Source: Hydrolagus affinis (Eukaryota). Taken from it: DNA of 64,000 nucleotides. The notes beneath the pieces were generated by a model, which was not told where the DNA came from, searched no databases, and saw nothing but the letters and a program-made list of their open reading frames with translations. The stretch spans positions 1 to 64,000 of the forward strand of contig JAAILG010000866.1 in the NCBI GenBank assembly GCA_012026655.1, given 5' to 3'. The position numbers were made by a program, and so were the translations under genes. Positions 1 to 11,002 of this stretch are shown one piece after another (the stretch's first letter is position 1; the number at the start of each line of letters is the position of its first letter).

Positions 1-1254
1 GATGGGCCCTAGTGGAAGGAATAAAGCATGAAGATACCCCAAGAAGAATAGAAAATAGTAGAATATTGGCATGGAAAAAACTCCCAAAAAGGAATTAGTA
101 CAGATATATTTTAAAGAATGAATTGTAATTGTATAAATTTTAATTAAGAGATTTGAGAGTATTGAGAATTATTATTGGCAGTCGATCATAATTTTTCTCC
201 CAATTTTACCTGTAGTCAGTTATGTTACATAGATTCTGATTAAATGCAACTACTTTGTTCATCCCAGTCTGTAGCACAACAGTATATATTGGAAAAGAAA
301 ATTCATTATGTAAAATTACAAAACAAAAGTGCATTTAAGTTCTATCTTGAGAAATGCTGAAAGCTGTTTTCAGGCAAGTGATTGACTGGGATGACTGATT
401 CTAGATGTTTCAATGTGTTTGTTCTGTTTTGGAATTCACCGTAGAGTCTTCTGGTACATATGAAATAAAGAAATGTGGATTCAGTATTTTAAAAGTGGGA
501 AATATTAGTTTTAAATTTAAAATTCACTAATCTGAAATCAATTAAAAAACTTATCCAAAAAGATGTTGCAAGAGAAAAAATTGTTTTAATATCTCAAGTT
601 ATAACAAATTGTATTTTATGGAAAGAATGTTTTGTTATTTGATTTAGCCAGTTAATTATTACATGGCAGTATCTTTTTATATCAAAAATAGCATGTCTTC
701 AAAAAGCAACCATTTTGAGACTGATACGGATACTTCTCACTGTCTCTCCGTCTCTTACTGCTCTTTTTTTCCCCTTTGGAATAACTAGCTGTCTGAAACC
801 AATACAATTTTCATTTTGTGATGTGATAATCTTCACAGAAGAGTACTTCATCACTGTCACTAGTACTGATCTATGATTGCATGATTGGTTGATCAAATGT
901 GCTGGAAGGACTGATCTTCTTTCCACTGTTTCTTGAAATGGAGCATTACATTACTATGGAGTGCTCCACTGTCGTTTAACTGAGATTTATAAAACAATTC
1001 TATTGAAAAGCAGTATATCTCATATCCCATTTTTACTGTGCTATTGAATACTGTGTTATTCAATATAACGAATTGAATTTAATAATTTCTGTTTCAGAGA
1101 CATTGTTGTTATTGTACTGTTAAATTGTGCATATAAACTGATTTTTTGGGTGACTTTGTATAACTTATGACCACCATTTCATTAACTGGAAGATGAGAAA
1201 ATTATCTAATTGAAAGAGGCAGAAGATGAATGGAATGCTTCAATTAAATTTTTG

Positions 1255-1400
1255 AAAACTCCATTGGTGATGTTGCCTTTTGGGTGAGGGAGTTGAAGTC
1301 TTGTCTATCTATTTCAGTGGAGTTTAAAGGTCTAATAGCACTATTTAAAAAGCAAAGTGATTTTTTTTTCTGTTGTCATGGTCAACAGTCTTCTCGATAA
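1255..1400 (+). mobile_element. Degraded Deu-domain SINE fragment
   Basis: Resembles the Deu core of the copy at 1775-2185 (cagtggagtttaaaggtctaatagcactattt...tcatggtcaaca). Confidence 0.5.
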
Positions 1401-1774
1401 ATTGATCCTTCACTTCATGGCAGTAGATACATTTCTGTTAGGAAATAATATCTCAAGATACAACATATAGTTTGGGACATGATATGTCATGCGACTGCCA
1501 GGAGGTGGAAGATGAACTGGATAGACCTTAGTCTTCTTTCATCTAGCACTTTCTCATGTTCTTCCATTCCATTCCAGACATGGAAATTTCCATGTGTAGA
1601 CAGGTATACATGTTTGAAGCTCTGTCTAATTTGTATGGTGATGGGTTTTCACATGTATCAGTCACTGGCAGATCCAAAAAGTACAAATATATTGTCAAAA
1701 CACTTGACAGTGAAGTTCTATGAGATGTTTCAATTTAATAGGTACTTCTCAATTGTAAGGAATTTTACAATACA

Positions 1775-2185
1775 GGTCGGCCTGGCTCAGACGGTGTTGC
1801 TCTTACCTCTAAATCATAAGGTTGTGCTGTGAAGTGCCACATTGCGACTTGGAACTTATACATTCAATGTTAACATTGCAGAGTTGGAGGTGTATTTCTT
1901 CAGAAGAGACATTAAACCGAGATCCTATTTCCCTGTTCAGGTGGAGATTAACGATCTCAATCCACTTTTCAAAAGAAGAAGAAAATTAATCGGTATCCTG
2001 GTCAACAATATGCCAATAAAATTAGTCATTCACTTTGTGGCTGTTCATGACATTGCTGTATGCAAATTCGCTGCTATGTTTATGTACAAAACCAAATCAC
2101 TCAATTTTGCAGAATATCCTCTTGTGAAATACTGAGACTTCCTTCCAACATGAAAGTCACAATATCCAGTGTAAGGATTATTAAG
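1775..2185 (+). mobile_element. Near full-length old tRNA-headed Deu-domain SINE (SacSINE1/AmnSINE1-related)
   Basis: A-box-like head (tggctcagacggt); Deu core (cagaagagacattaaaccgag...caggtggag...gatctcaa...gaagaag); tgctgtatgcaaattcgctgc; L2-like tail ending aaggattatt. Confidence 0.72.
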
Positions 2186-4731
2186 GATTATGAGGATTAT
2201 TGCTTCAGTATTATTATTTTCATGATTTGTTGGCTAGAAACACGTTATTTAACAAGTTAATATGACCAATTATTTGACCTTTGCTTCAACACATGGGGAG
2301 GGAAAGAGTTGCTTCAATGTACCATATTCAATGGATTCATTTCAGATTAAATTACAGTGTCTTGAAACTTATGAGTCAACAATATCAATTGATCCTAAAC
2401 TTCTTTGAAACAAATAAACAATTAGAATAAAATCAGCATACTTTCATGACTTGGTGTAAGAAAGAAAGGCAAGTCTGTGAACTTGCTTGATGTTTAAATT
2501 TCATGGAAGCCCCAAAGGTATCTGTTACAGGGAGTAATATTTTGAATGAATGGATAGCGTTTGCAAGAATCAGCTATCCTAGACTTGCAAAGTGTTTATT
2601 CATGGACTGTCTTGCAATATACACTGGGTTTTACTGGTGTTTCATTTGGTAAATTAAAACTTACAGCTGGAATGCTAAAGCTCTCATTAATCTTTTGCTG
2701 CAGTTTTGGATTACTTGTGCTGCTGCTGTCAGCGCTGTGGACAATCTACCCCAGTTAACTGAAACAACTCAGATTAATATTAATCCTCTTAATACTGGAG
2801 CTCATAATATCGTCATTAGGTGACTTGAAACTAATCCTGCCCACCTAACCAGGATGATTTATTAAATACACATAGTGGATTACCCATAATACAGCTTTGT
2901 ATGAATGGGTATCAAATAAATACACCATCATCTCTCTGTTTTTACTGGTGGCTTGAATAATGCACATTTTAAATTTGTGGCTTTATGTGGAAATGCAAGG
3001 GACTTTGGTTTACAGTATCATAATACACAAGTTAAATCAGTAAAAATGAACTGGTTTGAGTTCCATCAATGCCCTTGTATGTTCCAGATATAAAAGGAAA
3101 ACTAATGAAATTGTTGGTTCAAAAGTAACTGGTTGGGAATTTGAAAATAATTGGGCATTTTGTCTTGAAAACTGTCAAAACTGAGTTGATGTCTTGGAAA
3201 AAAAAGACTTAAACTGAATGCTGCGTAGTATTGTCAATTTGTAAAGGTCTTATTTGGCATCGGTAGCAAGATTCACCGAAGAAATGTGTACAGATGGGCT
3301 TACCAAAAAGCTTATCGTACGGCTTTAACCATGTTCAGCTCATTTGCACCCTCCTTTTACTGACTGTTTCTAATGCAGAAATGCATCCTACATATAAGTC
3401 TGCTGTGTGTGTATGAGGATTCTCACAATCCCAGAGGCATGCTATTAGTGGGCCTGAAGGGACTGAGCAGGTGAAACAAATAAGGAGGAGGTTATTGCAC
3501 AGTTGTGGATGCTGGAACTTATCAGGACCAGTGTGAAATGTTGTCAGAGCTGGAGCATGTGGGGATTTTCTATGCAAACTACCCACCAGCTGTGGTTAAC
3601 TGAGAGCATGGGGAGCACTGGGAATTACTTAGTTTGGTGCTGCTGTTGCTGTTTGTTCATCCTCTTTGTGTGATAAGACATCCGTTATTTGTAAGTTGAT
3701 AAAGCATAAACTATTTCATTATAAAAGTGACCATTTATCACATTGTGATATGAAGAGGTCCTGCAAAAGACATTAAATATATGGCTTGCCTGACATTTTA
3801 ATCTGTTAGAATAATACAGCTTCTGTTTCAAGCATGCAGCAAAGAAAATGTACTGTTCAAGAAAACAGGTGGCAGTTCATAACACTTTTTTTTCGCATTC
3901 CCTTGTCTGACATTTTATTCTGTTTCGCAACCTATTGTACATTTTCTTGTAGCTTGGACAGAATGTCTAATTTGGATATGTTTCTATAATGCTGTACAGT
4001 CTCTAATCTTTAAAGGATTATAATTACAAGGCTTATGCTTATCACCAATGGAGACCAAAATATTATTTATACATTTCATTGTGTGCAGTAATGTGTTCAC
4101 AGAACCAGAATACGTTGGAATAGATAGGTTAAATCTCTCAAATGGTGTAGAAAGGGTTAATAATTTTATAATTCCAACAGTTCCACTTTATGACAATATT
4201 TGCTTCCTACTGACCACACTTGAACTGAAATTCCAGTCAGCATCTTTGTTTTGCTGTTAAAGGGATTTGGCTGTTATCAGCTAAGACATTGCACATGACT
4301 AATTGAATTTTCAGTTGCATTTATTGACTTCTTTCCACAACTTTAGTTTTCCCAATTCTTCAACTAAAGGATGCATAATCATGCAGATTAAAAGAAAATA
4401 CTGTTTTACACCTTTGTACTTTTTAAAAGAAGTAGTTTGTTTTGTGCAGCTGGCTCTCTTTAATAGCATGAAATTTGCAATTCCTGATATTTATGCATTT
4501 GCTCAGAATGGTAAAATCCGATTCTTTTGACCTGATTTGCCACAGTGTAGGACAAAGTATGAATTGGGCTTCCTGCTCCACATTAGAGTTATGGTAGGAA
4601 TTTAAATCGCTTTTCTTCCGCAGTATAAACACAACATTAGACATGGATTATATTGGAGTTAAAATCAGAAACATTCAGAATGAGGGAAAGATATTGAGAA
4701 ATACATTTTTAATGTTGTAGGTTAGTTTAAT

Positions 4732-5060
4732 TAATAACAATAATAATCTTGCATTTCACACACCGTCTTATTGAGATTTCTCAAAGTGCTTCACAGAATA
4801 TATTGTGACGTGGATTCACTGTATTTTGTGAGCGAAATACAGCAGCCAATTGCACACAGCTGTGTCCCACAAACCGTCATGGATTGAGTGACCAAGTTTA
4901 AAAAAAAATCTGAAGGGATTATTACCCCCAGAAAATGATCAGCCAATCGACTAACAACCAGGTTCCTACTTACTGAGAGTGAAGTAAGGAAACTTGTCTA
5001 AGGTTTCACCCTGCTAGGTATTGAGTCCAGGTTCTCTCGCTGGAGCTGCATACTCCTACA
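4732..5060 (-). mobile_element. tRNA-headed SINE with L2-type tail (the abundant younger family of this window)
   Basis: Reverse complement of the family seen at 25196 and 63602; shares gcagccaattgcacacagc, gtcccacaaac and gtaaggaaacttg. Confidence 0.85.
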
Positions 5061-5946
5061 AGTCTTAAACTCTTTTGTCCTATTTACTCAAAAAGGATGT
5101 GTGATACTGTATTTAGCAATTTATGTAATGAGGTTAATTTTGGTCATGCCACTCATGGCAGACCGGGAGTCTGACATGAGTGGAAACCCATTAAAAGTAT
5201 CCAAGTTAGTTTGAGAATGCTATCTATGTATGGAAATATTCCTTGTCTGAAATGGTGTGTGTACTTTCTCACTGCATGGAGTTGTGTGCACTGGGGGTAC
5301 TGTTGGAATTTAACCAGCTAATATAGCTTTCCGTTGCAAACAATATTTGGCATGATTCTCGTTGCTTGTTTAGCTGAGACTATTGATCGGGGCTTTGACT
5401 TGCTGGGTTAACTGGAGCTGAATGGGGAAACATCCTGGCCCTTGGATATGCTGATTTATCATCAATGGTGCCTTGATTTATAGAAAGATTTATAGAAAGT
5501 TAGGAAAGAAGAAATATCTCTTTTTCACTATCTTCCATGTCATCCACTCTTCACAAACGAAGAGGGCAGACAGGCGACCTCTTCCCAGACCTTTCATACT
5601 AGTGAGCCAGCGTACTTGGAGGCATAGAAGAATGATGTAGGGCTTCTCTCAAAAGCTTTTAAAAATACTAATTGTCTCTATGTGGAAAAATGCATTCCTG
5701 CTGCTTTGTACGCCTGCTGAGAGCTCAGGCATATCAATAGGGTGATGAATCAAAAGCACATGCCACTGCTCTGCAGTCTGATGAATTAGCACACCAGTAT
5801 TCTGAGCCACCTAATATACAAATGTAATTTTGTTGTTGTTAATAATATTTTTTGTATTTGATATAGCATCTAATTGCATCTTTGAGACAATTTCTATATT
5901 TTTAAATAAGCAACTCTATTGCAAAAAAATTATGTATTCACCCTTC

Positions 5947-6093
5947 AGGTGCAATTTCATGTATGCCACTAACTCTATTGTGCCTTCCTGAGCGTCAATT
6001 CAAACTAAGTTCAAACAGATCATATCTGCAGGTAAACCTCCTGACTGTAGGAGGTTTACCTTCAATCTGATGCTATCAGACCTAATTTCACCT
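5947..6093. mobile_element. Small palindromic MITE-like relic with a central perfect hairpin
   Basis: Ends aggtgcaatt / aatttcacct. Central 13-bp inverted repeat AGGTAAACCTCCT-gactgt-AGGAGGTTTACCT at 6030-6061. Confidence 0.45.
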
Positions 6094-6111
6094 ACCAATC
6101 AGAGTCCTCAT

Positions 6112-6260
6112 TATGAAATAAAAATAGAAATTGCTGGGAACACTCAGCAGGTCAGGCAGCATCTATGGAGAAAGGAAAAGTGAGTCAACGTTTCGGGTCC
6201 AAGACCCTTCATCAGAACTGGGGCATGTTGGGAGCGAGAGGCTTTTAAGGATTAACAAAA
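6112..6260 (-). mobile_element. Penelope-like retroelement terminal (pLTR) fragment
   Basis: Minus strand reads ttctgatgaagggtcttggacccgaaacgttgact...tctccatagatgctgcctgacctgctgagtgttcccagcaattt, a typical chondrichthyan Penelope terminal sequence. Confidence 0.8.
6183..6219 (-). ncRNA. Minimal type I hammerhead ribozyme motif (Penelope-associated)
   Basis: Minus strand AGUU-CUGAUGA-A-GGGUC-UUG-GACCC-GAAAC-GUU-GACU. Conserved core, 5-bp stem II, palindromic stem III (AACGUU) and 4-bp stem I. Confidence 0.75.
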
Positions 6261-9200
6261 TTCTGGAAGAGAGTTTTCATCATGTTTTCTTGTTATTAAC
6301 CTAGCAATACAGTACTTTACCATTTTTAACATAGTTATAAATCATTGTATGCCAAATTAGTTTGCTACCTTAACATTTCTTATTCACTATTTTGTGTCTT
6401 AACACAAAAATCTTTTGCCCCAAATCTAAATATTTTATCAAATTCACTGCAAATATTCTGTGCTGTTTTACTACCTTCATAAAAGGAGAGTAAAACAAAA
6501 TGTAAGTTCAACTTTTAAAAATGTATTACTCCTTTTAAATTACACTCATGATGTTTTCATCATTGTGCTTTGTCTGGAAAAATAACAGTAACATAGTCTT
6601 GGCCAAGGTTTTAATGAAGTGCTTTCTTCATTGGTGTTTAGGATACTGCTGTTGATAATGGACAGCTGTCAAAGCAGCAGAACCATTCTTTGCACAGTAT
6701 TTAATATTTTTGCTTTAAATGTAAAAAACAATTCTGTAATATTAACTGTAATAAATCTAATATTCAATGGGAAAAATTGCTAGTCTTTTAGAACTAAATC
6801 ATTACCATCCAGATATCATTACTGCTTTAGAAGCGAGGTGACAGATTAAGTACCTGTGTTTGCTTATTCAGTAGATATCGTACAAATGTCTTGCCCTGCA
6901 TTCTCATCGTCATTAATTTTTGACTTTCAAGCCATGTTTTGAAACTTTGAAACTGCAAGTTTCATTTTATGCTGTAGAATTATTTCATTCAAGTCAAATT
7001 ATCAATGGTCATTTTTGCAGTGTATTTGTTCAGAGCTTAGATCTCTTAAAATAGATTGGGGTGAAATGTGATGCTTTGTAAACTGATTTTCTGGTTTTAG
7101 TGCACAGTACACAATCACTGACAGCTAATCAACACTGCACAGTCTGGCTTTACTGCTGGAGCTGGGGCAAGTCAGGTTAATATGGAGTTTGCAGCTGTTT
7201 CACACAGAATTTCCATTTTTTTATCTTTGTTTGAAAATTGTTGAACTGAGGAAAGCAAGGGACAGAAAAATAAACTAGGATAAAAAGAAATGATGAATAT
7301 ATCTATAAATTAAAAGGTTAAGACCAACAACTTTTGCCTCATCCTCCTTCCCATCCTAAGCAAAATGTAATTGGTGTTTTAAGTTTAGACCATTTCCTTG
7401 TCACTTTCCTCTGGATAAAACCCAATATAAAGTTATCGAAACCTATGTCAAATTTTGTGCTACATCTTCCAATCTAGTTGCAGACTATGGACTATGTCTT
7501 CAAACATTTTAATAATCCTCTGGAGTCTGACAGTATTGTCAGGAGTAAAGGATTAATTCTGTATTTATTTAATCAAGGGGCAGGGAGGGAGGGTCATTGA
7601 ATTCTACACACTTTGAGTATTTTGTACTCTCAATTTTCAAGCATGGTGCTTTTGTGCATGGTGCATTTGATTTTCTAAAATTAGTTAATACTGAAAATCG
7701 TGAATGAAACTGCAAAACTCAATTCTTTACTATCATAATGTTGCACAAAACCAGACGTGTTAAATCCTTGCACAATGACACTGGTAGAATTCTCAACTAT
7801 TGATAGTGGCAGGGTTCTTTTGGGAGTGGAGTTTCTTTATGTAGGTTGCATATTGATAGCGAGAATTATGTCTGAAGAATTCTGTTTTTGTGAAATGATC
7901 AAATGTGGCTACTGATCATGCTGATTATTTTCTTTCTGATTTTGAGAAAAATAAAGGCCTTTCTTAGTCTTACCATTAAAACATTTGTGAAAAGAAATCC
8001 TTTGTGCAATTTTTTAAATCTAACAATAATTTCTAATGGGGTAGGGATGGATAACATTCTCACCATTATACAGCAGGGAATGACTGCATTTTTCAGTTAT
8101 ATGAAAAGACAAGATGGGCTTAAATTACATTTTCGTGTTATGTCTTATGTTCCCTGATCAGAAAAATGATAATATGTTAGTGAGCAGCAGCTGCATGAAA
8201 CCCTAATTTTTCCAAACTAGACACAAACGTAACAAGCAGTGTCAACGAGATGCAATCTTATTAATCTGTGAAATGTGACAAAGGTCGTCTGGATCTAAAT
8301 GCCTGAAAATAGTGGATTCAATGTGATAATTTTATAAATTTATAGTGGGGGGTGGTGGGAAGGTGTGGGGGAGGTGTGCAGGGACTGTGTGCATGTATTT
8401 TTAAGGTGAATGCTCTACTACAGAATATATTTTTTTATGGGCAAAATGCGGCAACCAGTACAGAATAAGCACTCCTGAGATGCTTCCCATGTGAGTGCAT
8501 AGTAAATTCACGTATAAATGTAATTTGTTTTTCTTATTGAACAAAAGCTTTTTCCATGAAATATTAGATCTGGAATAATAGATCAAGCGCCTGTAATGTC
8601 ACAACTTTAAGATTAACATATTCCCAATTGTGAGGCAATTGTACATCCATCATAATTTTGCACTCAAAGGAGAATATTATTTCATTGTGATGCTAAGTAC
8701 AATTCTACCATATTTTTTGGTGTGACCCAAGCCCTCTTCTTTCGTAGACACCAAATTTACACATGTTTAATGACACTTTGTCCATGGATGATTTTGTCTT
8801 GTGTGTTATAAAAGTGCTAAGTGGTATAACATGTTAAAGCAGTGTTATCCAGTGGTGTGTGAAAGTACTATACATAATAAGAGCTGGTCTTTTAAAGTGG
8901 TAACAATACAATAATGGAAACCAGAAACATTTCTGTCTGGACTAACTGATACATCAGCTGATGCAGACTCATTGTTAATGTGAATAAGTTCAGAAAAGCA
9001 GTGTTTACAAACGTTCGTGTACAAATGCGGCCTTTTAATGACTTAATGATGTAGAATGGTTAATATGCTTACTTCCACAACTTTGAAATGCAGCTGCATT
9101 CATCCTGTACATTTTAACAACCAATGTGGCTGCTGCTGCATTTGGACAACATAAACATGAAGTACCATAAACAGTATTTGGACATAGAAAGCTTTGAAAA

Positions 9201-10688
9201 TAGTTTATATTTGTAGGATTTAAGTATTAGAATTGTCAATTGGAATATTAACTTTTGTTATAGCCTACCAAATGAGTAGTAAATATCATTCAATTATTTA
9301 TTTGAATGTCATTTCCAACATAGGCTTTTTTAAATTATTAATTTAGCTAGCTCTCGTGATGACTGATAATCAATCATATGTTGCTTATGTTTGTAGCCCG
9401 AATGCCATTTATATTGCAGAGTTGTTGGAACTGAAATTGTGACTGCTATTCAGTGACTTGAGACTCGGATAAAGATTGTATTGATGGGAGACAGGTCTGA
9501 TTAAACAGCTGGTGTTTATCTAGTTGAAGTTTGTGCTGTGTTGTCACTTTTAGGTCAGGTTTGATTATGGTTTATCCAGCAAATGACAGCATTATTGAGA
9601 CAGAACAAGGTCACTCAGAAGAGTAACCAAGGTAGTCTCACGGACAGTTTTGTGCGGTTGCTTTAATGACTGCAAGGATAATAAGAAAAAGAAGATCATC
9701 TTTTAAGCATTAATGACTACTCCAAATGTCAAACAAATCATTCATACCAATAGAGCCATTTCAAGCTTGTTGCTGAAGATTGATTCTTGCACAGTGACTT
9801 AGTTGTTTTCTGAAAGATTGATTAGTTGAAAATAACACAAGCTTGCTATGTGTGATCACGGCTGACACAAAGGGTTAGTTAATTACGCAATGGACATTGG
9901 GACTAAAGCAGTCAGACATGATCAGTGGTTACTTGGCCACAGCAGTAATTCACAATCTTGATGTTTCAAAGACTTCTTCTATGCTGTAATTGCAGCTGAT
10001 TATCAATTCTGAAGTGTTTTCTCAAGTGAAATTATTGAATACTGAAAATAAAGGTAAGTGTTGCTTTGAATCTTGGTTGGTTATGTGCTTTCATTGCTGG
10101 CCAAGTGTTGTAATTTTTTGTTTGTTCAAAGCCAGAGTACTGTATAAAGGCATTTGATGTATTTGGGGAGAAATTCCACGTGAGTCTATTTATTTTTTAT
10201 ATAATGTTTTAAGGCATCCAGAATTTCGCAAGCTCTTAAATATAGCCTTCATTTTGAAACCGTATAAATGGGATTTTTTGAGAAAGACAGAAAATCGACT
10301 AAAGTTAAGACTGAATTCAACAATTTGCCAAAATGTTCTGAAATACAGTATTACATAAATAAAGTAAATCTAGACCCAAGTGAAATTTGTCCCCAAATAT
10401 TTTTCAATGGGTTTTATTAAGTATTTTATAGGTGAGAATTAGAGATGTATCTAATCCAGTGGGTATTATATTTAGTAATGGCAACTATAAATAGATTATT
10501 TTGGTGTATTTAGAATTAATTGATGGAAAAGAGAAAAAAGAAAGAATTGGCCAATGCAAATTGTTTCTGATCTTCCCATTCCCAAATTCATTCACCATGG
10601 CATAATTTAACTGGTGCTCAATAGCTTCTCTTTCAGAGGTTATGAGAAGTTGTAAAAGTACACGTAATTTTTTTTATACATTAAGATG

Positions 10689-11002
10689 AATAATAATAAT
10701 CCTTTTTTTATATGGCGCTTTTCACGTCTTGTGAAAAGCGAGATGTCTCAAAAGTGCTTCACAAAGTGTACTGTAAAGTGAATTCACTGTACATTTGTGG
10801 GTGAAACGCGGCAGCTAATTGTGCACAGCAGTGTCCCACAAACAGATGTGGATTGAAGTTACCAAATTATAATTTTTTTTTGAGGGATTATATAAGGTGT
10901 GTGGAGTAAGGAAACTCGTCCAAGGTTTCATCCTGCCTGGAATTGAACCCAGGTCTCTCGATTGTAAGGTGAGTACTCTAACCACTGAGTTACAGGTCAC
11001 CA
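10689..11002 (-). mobile_element. Full-length tRNA-headed SINE (younger family)
   Basis: On the minus strand: A box taactcagtgg, B box ggttcaattcc, shared core, L2-type tail with (ATT)n. Confidence 0.9.

Noticed and set aside
5742-5805. C/D snoRNA-like GTGATGA...CTGA (also 9356-9434)
   Set aside because: No convincing terminal stem or rRNA/snRNA guide; far from splice sites; expected by chance
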